From: Elusimicrobiota bacterium | Lineage (GTDB): Bacteria; Elusimicrobiota; Elusimicrobia; UBA1565 | DNA length: 22,232 nt | Assembly: GCA_043819795.1 (NCBI GenBank) | Contig: JBDREN010000157.1 | Location: forward strand, 1-22,232 | Direction: 5' to 3' | Shown: in pieces, positions 7,801 to 14,474 of the stretch | How positions within the stretch are numbered: the first letter of the stretch is position 1 | Layout of the letters: every line of letters begins with the position of its first letter | The notes under the pieces: model-generated | What the model saw: only the letters and a program-made list of their open reading frames with translations | Databases searched by the model: none | What the model was told of the DNA's origin: nothing | Made by a program: the position numbers and the translations under genes

Positions 7801-8374
7801 GTCCCGGCGACTCCCGCAGGAACTTCCTGAGGATGCGGTAGGTGAGGCCCCAGATCACGTGCCGCCCGGCCCGGTAGGCCGCGACGCGCGCCGTCCGCTC
7901 TCGGACGAGCACCTCGGCCTTGCCGTCCGACTCCCGCAGAGCCCGCAGCCCGGCCCAGAAGGGGCGCTCGACCTCCGGGCTCGGACGGACCGCCGGCATC
8001 CGGGCGAGCCCGAACACGAACGGACGCACCACGATGCGGGGCAGTCCCGGCCCGCGGGGGCGGATGTCGTCGAGCTCGCCCAGGAGCGCCGGCGCCTCGA
8101 GCGCGATCCCCGTCTCTTCGAAGGTCTCCCTCCGGGCCGTGTCGAGAAGATCCCGGTCCTCCGGGTCCCGCCGTCCTCCGGGCAGGCCGACCTGTCCCGA
8201 CCAGGGGTCCGCCGGATGGTCGGCGCGTTTGATGAAGAAGGCCGCGAGGCTCCCGGCACGCCGCGTGAGGATCAGAGAAACGGCGGCCTGGCCCGAACGG
8301 GGCTCGGCTTCGGCGGAGCGGCGCGGTTCTCGAGCGCGCAGGCGCGCGCGGATCGGTTCGAAATCGTGGGGCAT
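7790..8374 (-). CDS. Nudix hydrolase, CoA pyrophosphatase type
   Basis: QAAVSLIL, WSGQVGLPGG-RRDPEDRDLLDTARRETFEETGI (Nudix box), VRPFV, IWGLTYRIL. ATG 8374 (TTG 8383 is an alternative). Its 3' end overlaps the DUF885 3' end. Confidence 0.88.
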   Translation of the reverse strand: MPHDFEPIRARLRAREPRRSAEAEPRSGQAAVSLILTRRAGSLAAFFIKRADHPADPWSGQVGLPGGRRDPEDRDLLDTARRETFEETGIALEAPALLGELDDIRPRGPGLPRIVVRPFVFGLARMPAVRPSPEVERPFWAGLRALRESDGKAEVLVRERTARVAAYRAGRHVIWGLTYRILRKFLRESPGLTA

Positions 8375-8389
8375 ATCGGGCAATACGGC

Positions 8390-8414
8390 AAAAACCCGCT
8401 CTCGGTGAGGCGGG
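8390..8414 (-). terminator. Intrinsic terminator on the minus strand
   Basis: Minus strand CCCGC-CTC-ACC-GAG-A-GCGGG followed by TTTTT. Confidence 0.6.
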
Positions 8415-8442
8415 CGTCTGTTCTCAAGCGCGCCGCGTCAGG

Positions 8443-8490
8443 TCAGAGCTTCTTGACGTCGGTCGCCCGGGGACCCTCATCCGGCTCACC
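8443..8490 (-). pseudogene. Probable 3' remnant of a cold-shock (CspA-family) gene
   Basis: Minus frame reads GEPDEGPRATDVKKL-stop, like the CspA C-terminus (GPxAxNVxxL), with GC3-rich codons and a terminator 30 nt downstream. No RNP1/RNP2 motifs upstream, and an in-frame TGA at 8551-8553. Confidence 0.45.
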
Positions 8491-8574
8491 CGACCGAACG
8501 GCTAGTGAGACGGAATCGCTGAGCCAGTATATCAGTTGCGTGATTCCGAATCAAAAGGACATGCCACGGCGCGG

Positions 8575-8604
8575 TTCGCGCCGGGAGAGCCGCTTATGTA
8601 TAAT
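8575..8604 (+). promoter_or_regulatory. Probable promoter of the TPM-NTase-lemA-OPT operon
   Basis: Perfect TATAAT at 8599-8604; weak -35 TTCGCG at 8575-8580 (18-nt spacer). Confidence 0.55.
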
Positions 8605-8673
8605 GCGTGTCGCGATGACCGAAGCATTCGCGGCCGAATGCGAGGGAATGGTTGAGGCAAGCGGCCGAATACC

Positions 8674-9450
8674 ATGACGAGACTGCTTCCCGCGGGACTC
8701 GCGCTCCTGCTTCTTTCGATCCCGCTGTCCCTTTCCTCCCAGGACTACCCGGCCCCCCGCGGCTGGGTCAACGACTACGCCGGGGTGCTGGACGCGCGTG
8801 CCCATCGGGTGCTCACCGAGGCGCTCGGCCAGGTGCAGCGCGGGGCCGACGCGCAGATCGCCGTGGTCACGGTCCGGGACCTCGGGGGAGGGTCGGTCGA
8901 GGACTACGCCAGCCGCCTCTACGAGCGCTGGGGCATCGGGAAGAAGGGCGGCGACCGCGGCGCCCTGGTTCTGGTCTCGATCGCCGACCGGAAGGCGCGC
9001 ATCGAGGCGGGCTACGGCCTGGAGGGGATCCTGCCGGACGGGCGCTGCGGGGAGATCATCCGCGCCCGGATGATCCCCGCGTTCAAGGCCGGGCGGATCT
9101 CGGACGGGATCCTGCTGGGGACGCTGGAGGTCGCGCGGATCGTGGCGGTGGACCGCGGGGTGACTCTCCGCCTCGGCCAGGGCGGCGGTTTGGGGCCGGC
9201 GAGCCGGAGGATCCCCCTGCGCCGGGCCTCGCCTCTACAGAAGCTTCTGGCCGTGCTCTTTCTTGTCGTCTTGGTGGTGGTCGGAATCCGGCACCCGTGG
9301 CTGCTTCTGCTTCTGCTCTTCTCCGGGCGCGGGGGCTACGGCTACCGTCGGGGGGGATGGGGCGGCGGCGGTTTCGGCATGGGCTCGGGCGGCTTCGGGG
9401 GTTTCGGAGGGGGGCTTTCCGGCGGAGGCGGGGCCTCGGGAAGCTGGTAA
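8674..9450 (+). CDS. TPM domain (DUF477/YgcG-like) membrane protein with Gly-rich tail
   Basis: Signal peptide, GWVNDYAGVL, QIAVVTV, WGIGKKGGDRGALVLV, RIEAGYGLEGILPD, a TM helix, and the GGFGGFGGGLSGGGGASGSW end. Confidence 0.93.
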   Translation: MTRLLPAGLALLLLSIPLSLSSQDYPAPRGWVNDYAGVLDARAHRVLTEALGQVQRGADAQIAVVTVRDLGGGSVEDYASRLYERWGIGKKGGDRGALVLVSIADRKARIEAGYGLEGILPDGRCGEIIRARMIPAFKAGRISDGILLGTLEVARIVAVDRGVTLRLGQGGGLGPASRRIPLRRASPLQKLLAVLFLVVLVVVGIRHPWLLLLLLFSGRGGYGYRRGGWGGGGFGMGSGGFGGFGGGLSGGGGASGSW

Positions 9451-9536
9451 CATCTTGCGATGGATATCAGGATTTTCTTGAAAAAACCGCTTAGCGGGGC
9501 AGAAGGCGGAAAACGCAGGATCGGCGGGAGGGAGCG

Positions 9537-10253
9537 ATGGCATACACGCCTGAGCGGCTGACAGAGGAGCTGAAAGCTATCTATAAGGAAAACCTGGAGT
9601 GCGTGCTGCTCTACGGCTCGGGAGCGGACGGGGACTACGTGGAGAAATACTCCGATTTCAACGTCCTCGTGATCCTCAAGCGCCTCGACCTGGGCGAGCT
9701 CAAAAGGATGTCGCGGACGGTGCGCGATTGGGTCAAGGCCGGCAATCCCCCGCCGCTCATGTTCACCTTGGAGCGCTTCCGCCGCTCCGAGGACGTCTTC
9801 CCGATCGAGTTCCTGGACATGCGCGACCGGCACAAGGTCCTCCACGGGCGGGACCCGTTCGTGGGACTTGAGATCCACCCGACCAACCTGCGCCAGCAAC
9901 TCGAGTTCGAGCTCAAGGGGAAGCTTATCAAGCTCCGCGAGAGCTATCTGCTGGCGGGAGAGGACCCCGGCGAGCTGCGCGCGCTGCTGGTCAAGGCATC
10001 CTCGACGTTCCTCATCCTTTTTCTGGGCGCGCTCCGGCTCTTCGGGCACGAGCCGCTGCCGCCGAAGGCGGAGGCGGCCAAGGCGCTCGCCTCCCGCGTG
10101 GGCTTCGATCCGGAGGTCTTCTACGCTCTGCGCGGGCTCCGCGACGGGGACCCCGCGGCCGAGGCCGCGGACCCCGACGAGCTGATGGAGCGTCTCCTGG
10201 CCGCGGTGGAGGCGGCCGTCGACGCGGTCGACCAGTGGAAGCCGGAGAAGTAA
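9537..10253 (+). CDS. Nucleotidyltransferase-fold protein (Pol-beta superfamily-like) with helical C-terminal domain
   Basis: RBS GGAGGG. LLYGSGADGDYVEKYSDFNVLVIL matches hG[GS]x9-13Dh[DE]h, with N in place of the second acidic residue. Also DVFPIEFLDM and VLHGRDP. Confidence 0.8.
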   Translation: MAYTPERLTEELKAIYKENLECVLLYGSGADGDYVEKYSDFNVLVILKRLDLGELKRMSRTVRDWVKAGNPPPLMFTLERFRRSEDVFPIEFLDMRDRHKVLHGRDPFVGLEIHPTNLRQQLEFELKGKLIKLRESYLLAGEDPGELRALLVKASSTFLILFLGALRLFGHEPLPPKAEAAKALASRVGFDPEVFYALRGLRDGDPAAEAADPDELMERLLAAVEAAVDAVDQWKPEK

Positions 10254-10266
10254 GGAGGCAAGCGAC

Positions 10267-10839
10267 ATGAAGAACAAAGCACTTTGGATCGTCCTGGGAG
10301 GCTTCGTCCTCGTGGCCCTGATGGTTTTCGGCATGGCGGTCGGCGCCTACAACCGCCTCGTGACCCATCAGGAGACGATCGACGAGAGCTGGGCGCAGGT
10401 GGAGAACGTCCTGCAGCGGCGCTACGACCTCATCCCGAACCTGGTCAACACCGTCAAGGGCTACGCCAAGCATGAGAAGGAGCTGCTCGCCGAGGTCACG
10501 CGCCTGCGCAGCCAGTGGGGGGCGGCGGGCACCCGCGCCGCGAAGGTCAAGGCCGCCGGCGCGCTCGAGAGCGTGCTCGGGAGGCTGATGGTCGTCGTGG
10601 AGCGCTATCCCGACCTCAAGGCGAACCAGAACTTCCTCAAGCTGCAGGACGAGCTGGCCGGCACCGAGAACCGCATCGCCGTGGAGCGCCGCCGCTACAA
10701 CCAGGCCATCAAAACTTATAACGTCGTCGTGCGGCGCTTCCCGAGCAACATCATCGCCGGGATGTACGGCTTCGAGAAGAGCGACGCCTACTTCGAGGCC
10801 GCGGCCTCGGCCAAGGAAGCGCCGAAGGTGGAGTTCTGA
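10267..10839 (+). CDS. lemA: LemA family protein
   Basis: RBS AAGGAGG, N-terminal TM helix, YNRLV, LQRRYDLIPNLVNTVKGYAKHE, ERYPDLKANQNF, LAGTENRIAVERRRYN, FPSNIIA. Confidence 0.96.
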   Translation: MKNKALWIVLGGFVLVALMVFGMAVGAYNRLVTHQETIDESWAQVENVLQRRYDLIPNLVNTVKGYAKHEKELLAEVTRLRSQWGAAGTRAAKVKAAGALESVLGRLMVVVERYPDLKANQNFLKLQDELAGTENRIAVERRRYNQAIKTYNVVVRRFPSNIIAGMYGFEKSDAYFEAAASAKEAPKVEF

Positions 10840-12704
10840 TGCGCGGCCGGCTCGAGCTCACTCTGCGGGCGGTCGTCCTGGGGATCGTGCTGTCGGTCGT
10901 CATGGCGGCGGCCAACGTCTACCTCGGGCTGAAGGCCGGGATGACGGTCTCGGCCTCGATCCCGGCCGCGGTCATGGCCATGGCCATCCTGCGGATGCTG
11001 TCCAAGAGCGGCTCCATCTACGAGAGCAACCTCGTGCAGACTGCGGCCTCGGCCGGCGAGTCGCTCGCGGCCGGGATCATCTTCACGATCCCGGCCCTCG
11101 TCATCGCCGGCGTCTGGAAGACCTTCGACTTCTGGGTCACCTCGCTGATCGCGCTGACGGGCGGCCTTCTGGGGATCCTTTTCATGATCCCAATGCGCAA
11201 GGTCTTCGTCGTCGACAGCAAGGAGCTGGCCTTCCCCGAGGGGGTGGCCTGCGCCGAGGTCCTGCGCGCCGGGGAGAAGGGCCAGGAGACCGGCGCCGCG
11301 CTGGTCTTCCGCGCCATCGCCGTCGGCGGGATCTTCAAGTTCCTCGCGTCCTTCGCGGGGATCTTCAAGGCGACGGTGGAGTGGGCGACCGCGGTCGGCG
11401 CGCGGGTGTTCTACTTCGGGTGCGACGTGTCGCCGGCGCTGGTCGCGGTCGGCTACATCGTCGGCCTGCCGATCGCGGTCCTCATCTTCCTGGGCGGCGC
11501 CGGGGCGTGGCTGGTCGGCATCCCGCTCTTGGGCGGCGCGCACGGGGACGCGCTCGAGCACGCGGGGGCGCTCTGGAGCACGCAGGTCCGCTACGTGGGC
11601 GTGGGCGCGATGGTCGTCGGCGGCATCGACTCCATCTACAAGGTGCGGGGCGGCCTCAGATCGGCGTTCCGCGAGATGCGGAGCCATCTCCGGGGCGGCA
11701 AGAAGGACGTGGCCGAGACCGAGAGGAACATCGGCGGGAACGCGATCCTGGCGTTGACCGCGGTCTGCGTGCTGTCCATCCTGGGGATCTACTACCACCT
11801 GACCAAGGACTTCGGCGAGACGCTCATCGCGGCCGCGGCCATGCTGGTGCTCTCGTTCTTCTTCACGGCGGTGGCCAGCTATATCGTGGGGCTCGTCGGC
11901 AACTCGAACAGCCCGGTCTCGGGGATGACGATCACGGCCGTCCTGGCGACGGCCGGGCTTCTCTACGTGATGGGCTACACCGGAGCCCCCGGCATCCTGG
12001 CCACGCTCGGGGTGGCGGGCGTCGTCTGCTGCGTGGCCTGCACCTCCGGCGACGTCTGCAACGACCTCAAGACGGGGGCGCTCATCGGGGCCTCCCCGCG
12101 CAGCCAGCAGATCGTGCAGATCGTGGGGGTCGTGGTCGCCGCGTTCGTTCTCGCGCCGGTCCTCATCGCCATGCATGAGGGTTCTCTGCTCATGGGCGGG
12201 ACCGGCATCGGGGGCCGGGACTATCCGGCCCCGCAGGCCAATCTCTTCGCGAACCTGGCGAAGGGGTTCTTCACCGAGGGCCGGCTGCCCTGGGACATGG
12301 TGGCGATAGGCGTGATCATCGGGGCGCTGATCCTGATCGTGGACTGGGTCCTCAAGACCCGCCGCTCGGCCTTCCGCATGCACCTGATGCCCGTGGCCGT
12401 CGGCATCTACCTGCCGTTCGGGCTGGCCGTCCCCATCCTCATTGGGGGGCTCCTGGCCCACTGGGTCGGCCTGGGCTCCAAGAAGGAGCGGAAGGACGCG
12501 AACCTAAAGCGCGGCGTGCTGGTGTCTTCCGGGATAATCGCTGGAGAGTCGCTCGTGGGCGTGGGCTTGGCCTTCCTGGCTTACTTCGGGATCAGGTCCT
12601 GGGGCCTTGGCGGGAGTTGGTCCAGCTCGACCTTGGACGTCCTGTCAACAGGCGGCTTGGTCGGGGTCTGCTGGCTGTTCTATCGGTGGTCATTTAAGAA
12701 GTAA
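10839..12704 (+). CDS. Oligopeptide transporter, OPT superfamily
   Basis: TGATG overlap with lemA. ELTLRAVVLG, NVYLGLKAGMTVSASIPAAV, ESNLVQTAASAGES, FPEGVACAEVL, NSPVSGMTI, DLKTG, APQA, AVGIYLP; many TM helices. 621 aa. Confidence 0.95.
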   Translation: MRGRLELTLRAVVLGIVLSVVMAAANVYLGLKAGMTVSASIPAAVMAMAILRMLSKSGSIYESNLVQTAASAGESLAAGIIFTIPALVIAGVWKTFDFWVTSLIALTGGLLGILFMIPMRKVFVVDSKELAFPEGVACAEVLRAGEKGQETGAALVFRAIAVGGIFKFLASFAGIFKATVEWATAVGARVFYFGCDVSPALVAVGYIVGLPIAVLIFLGGAGAWLVGIPLLGGAHGDALEHAGALWSTQVRYVGVGAMVVGGIDSIYKVRGGLRSAFREMRSHLRGGKKDVAETERNIGGNAILALTAVCVLSILGIYYHLTKDFGETLIAAAAMLVLSFFFTAVASYIVGLVGNSNSPVSGMTITAVLATAGLLYVMGYTGAPGILATLGVAGVVCCVACTSGDVCNDLKTGALIGASPRSQQIVQIVGVVVAAFVLAPVLIAMHEGSLLMGGTGIGGRDYPAPQANLFANLAKGFFTEGRLPWDMVAIGVIIGALILIVDWVLKTRRSAFRMHLMPVAVGIYLPFGLAVPILIGGLLAHWVGLGSKKERKDANLKRGVLVSSGIIAGESLVGVGLAFLAYFGIRSWGLGGSWSSSTLDVLSTGGLVGVCWLFYRWSFKK

Positions 12705-12860
12705 AAAACAGTACTTTTCCCTATTTCTGTCGCCCACACGGCCCTTCCGGAGAGGTTTGCCGGGATAATCGTGGCGGCGGTGGGCTTCTTCATATTTCAA
12801 GACAATAGTGTTGGAATTTACGTCATAATTTACATTCCGCGTTGATATACCCACCCCCCT

Positions 12861-13005
12861 TCCCCCCTCGGAGGGGGGATTCGGCCCCCTGAACAACGCG
12901 CGACCCCTCCCCGTGGGGGAGGGGCGCGGGCACCACCCAAAACAACGCGCATTCCTCCCCGCGGGGAAGGAACGCGGGCAGCCCCGCGGGGGAGGGGTCG
13001 CGGGG
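12861..13005. repeat. Second cluster of REP-like palindromes (same family as 3181-3318)
   Basis: Stem 12861-12868/12872-12879. Units AACAACGCGC-stem-CGCGGGCA at 12892-12932 and 12941-12980. 12982-13002 is an inverted partial copy of the first unit. Confidence 0.8.
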
Positions 13006-13132
13006 TTGACCACGGTCAATGAGTATTCTCAATGGCGGAAGTCAACGGAGAGCGTTGAGCAATGTCATGATTGGAAATCAAGTTTTCTCGTTGATCGATG
13101 TCATCAAGGCCGGGGCGCGCGATGCGTACAAT
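13006..13132 (+). promoter_or_regulatory. Array of FNR/CRP-like boxes plus a -10 element upstream of the repeat-peptide gene
   Basis: TTGAC-cacg-GTCAA 13006-13019, ATGAG-tatt-CTCAA 13019-13032, ATGGC-ggaa-GTCAA 13032-13045, TTGAG-caat-GTCAT 13055-13068, TGATT-ggaa-ATCAA 13068-13081, TTGAT-cgat-GTCAT 13091-13104. TACAAT at 13127-13132 with no recognisable -35. Confidence 0.6.
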
Positions 13133-13173
13133 AGATACAGAAGTTCGATACAAAGAATTTAAGGAGAACGTAG

Positions 13174-13479
13174 ATGATCGAGTTCCTGATGATCCTGACC
13201 CTGAGCCCCCTGAGCGGGCAGCCCGCGCTTCTGGCGCAGTTCCAGCCTTGCGTTTGGCCGAACACGTGCAACGTCGAGGAGACCGTCGAGGTCGCGCAGT
13301 TCCAGCCTTGCGTTTGGCCGAACACCTGCAAAGCCGAGGAACCCGTCGAGGTCGCGCAGTTCCGGCCTTGCGTTTGGCCGAACAAGTGCCGCGCGGAGGA
13401 GCCGGTGCAGCTCGCGCAGTTCCAGCCTTGCGTTTGGCCGAACACCTGCCGCGAGGATCAGCAGAGCGTATTGCTTTAG
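13174..13479 (+). CDS. Small multi-cassette peptide: 20-aa hydrophobic leader plus 4x AQF(Q/R)PCVWPN(T/K)C cores; putative multi-core precursor peptide
   Basis: RBS AAGGAG 13161-13166, ATG 13174, TAG 13477-13479, terminator downstream. Exact 60-nt period. Linker substitutions are often synonymous or conservative in this frame, which supports coding. Confidence 0.85.
   Translation: MIEFLMILTLSPLSGQPALLAQFQPCVWPNTCNVEETVEVAQFQPCVWPNTCKAEEPVEVAQFRPCVWPNKCRAEEPVQLAQFQPCVWPNTCREDQQSVLL
13234..13449 (+). repeat. Coding tandem repeat, 4 copies, 60-nt period
   Basis: The 31-nt core GCGCAGTTCCAGCCTTGCGTTTGGCCGAACA starts at 13234, 13294, 13354 (one A>G) and 13414. Confidence 0.97.
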
Positions 13480-13511
13480 CGCCGACACCAAGCCGGTCGT
13501 TTCCGTGTCCC

Positions 13512-13541
13512 GAAGCCCCCTGTCCCGGGGGCTTCCTCTTT
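13512..13541 (+). terminator. Intrinsic terminator after the peptide gene
   Basis: Perfect 9-bp stem GAAGCCCCC (13512-13520)/GGGGGCTTC (13527-13535), followed by CTCTTT. Confidence 0.7.
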
Positions 13542-13545
13542 GCAC

Positions 13546-13574
13546 TTGCGCGCCCGGAGGGGCGCTGTTATTAT
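13546..13574 (+). promoter_or_regulatory. Sigma70-type promoter for pcm (probably leaderless)
   Basis: TTGCGC (13546-13551)-17 nt-TATTAT (13569-13574) with extended TG at 13566-13567; 7 nt separate it from GTG 13582. Confidence 0.65.
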
Positions 13575-13581
13575 AGGGTAG

Positions 13582-14358
13582 GTGGCATCCGGAGCTTATC
13601 TCGCACTGGCCTTGATTGTCCTTTGCGGCGCCTGTGGGCCCCGGCAGGACGCCCCCGACATGGAAGCGCCGGCCGCCACGGGGGACCGTTTCCGGAGGGC
13701 GCGGGAGGCCATGGTGGACGACATCGCGAACTACTCGGCGATGCACCGCATCAAGGATCCGAAGGTCCTCGCCGCGATGCGCAAGGTGCCTCGAGACGCG
13801 TTCGTGCCCGAGGACCTCAAGCTCCACGCCTACAGCGACCGGCCGCTCCCGATCGGCGAGGGGCAGACGATCTCCCAGCCCTTCATCGTCGCCTACATGA
13901 CCGACGCGCTCGAGCTCAGGCCCGGGGAGAAGGTCCTCGAGATCGGCACCGGCTCGGGCTATCAGGCCGCGATCCTGGCCGAGGTCGTGGACGAGGTCTA
14001 CACGATCGAGATCGTCGAGACGCTGGGCCGCCGGGCTGAGCGGACCCTCAAGGACCTCGGCTACGACAAGGTCCGGGTGCGGATCGGCGACGGCTACCGC
14101 GGCTGGCCGGAGGCCGCTCCGTTCGACGCGGTCATCGTGACCTGCGCGCCCGACCACATCCCCCAGCCCCTGGTGGACCAGCTCAGGCTAGGCGGACGCA
14201 TGATGATCCCGGTCGGGGAAGAGCTCTCGGGGCGGTCCTGGGCCGCCCAGGAGCTGGTCCTGGTGCGCAAGACCGAGAAAGGGATGCGGCGCGAGAAGAA
14301 GATGGACGTCCGCTTCGTCCCCATGACCGGCGAGGCCCAGGCCCCGCGGGAACGCTGA
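13582..14358 (+). CDS. pcm: Protein-L-isoaspartate O-methyltransferase with N-terminal hydrophobic/lipoprotein-like extension
   Basis: VPRDAFV, LPIGEGQTISQPFIVA, VLEIGTGSGYQAA, GDGYRGWPEAAPFDAVIVT, GGRMMIPVG, VRFVPM. The start codon is uncertain (GTG 13582 versus downstream ATGs). Confidence 0.95.
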   Translation: MASGAYLALALIVLCGACGPRQDAPDMEAPAATGDRFRRAREAMVDDIANYSAMHRIKDPKVLAAMRKVPRDAFVPEDLKLHAYSDRPLPIGEGQTISQPFIVAYMTDALELRPGEKVLEIGTGSGYQAAILAEVVDEVYTIEIVETLGRRAERTLKDLGYDKVRVRIGDGYRGWPEAAPFDAVIVTCAPDHIPQPLVDQLRLGGRMMIPVGEELSGRSWAAQELVLVRKTEKGMRREKKMDVRFVPMTGEAQAPRER

Positions 14359-14414
14359 TCCTTCTTCTTCCTCCGGTGTCCCAACCTGAGCGGCGTTAGA
14401 GACGTATGGAGGGG

Positions 14415-14443
14415 TTGCGGACCGGGCCGCATACCGGTACCAT
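14415..14443 (+). promoter_or_regulatory. Probable promoter for the large membrane protein gene
   Basis: TTGCGG (14415-14420)-17 nt-TACCAT (14438-14443), upstream of RBS GGAGG 14466-14470. Confidence 0.5.
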
Positions 14444-14474
14444 CATGGGTGGTTGTGTCCTTACCGGAGGAACC

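Noticed and set aside
8476..8553. Glutamine (glnA) riboswitch suggested by a stem followed by GACGGAA
   Set aside because: It lacks the flanking CGTT 5' strand and the GGAAGTA...GAAG core.
12892..13005. Type I-E-like CRISPR repeats (TCCCCGCG...GGGGA); likewise 3181-3318
   Set aside because: Copies are diverged, irregularly spaced, partly inverted and lack unique spacers; they fit REP-like palindromes better.
12690..13134. ORFs 12690-13019 (-), 12823-13032 (-) and 12913-13134 (+)
   Set aside because: They translate palindromes and operator DNA, show no coding bias, and have no RBS or recognisable motifs.
13234..13449. CRISPR array (about 25-31-nt GTTC...GAAC repeat, regular spacing, AT-rich upstream region)
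   Set aside because: The spacers are homologous to each other, the period is exactly 20 codons inside an ORF with RBS, start, stop and terminator, and no cas genes are present.
13098..14157. Alternative-frame repeat ORFs 13098-14039 (+), 13104-13445 (-) and 13159-14157 (-)
   Set aside because: They are shadows of the 60-nt repeat and pcm; only the 13174 frame has an RBS, terminator and synonymous-biased variation.
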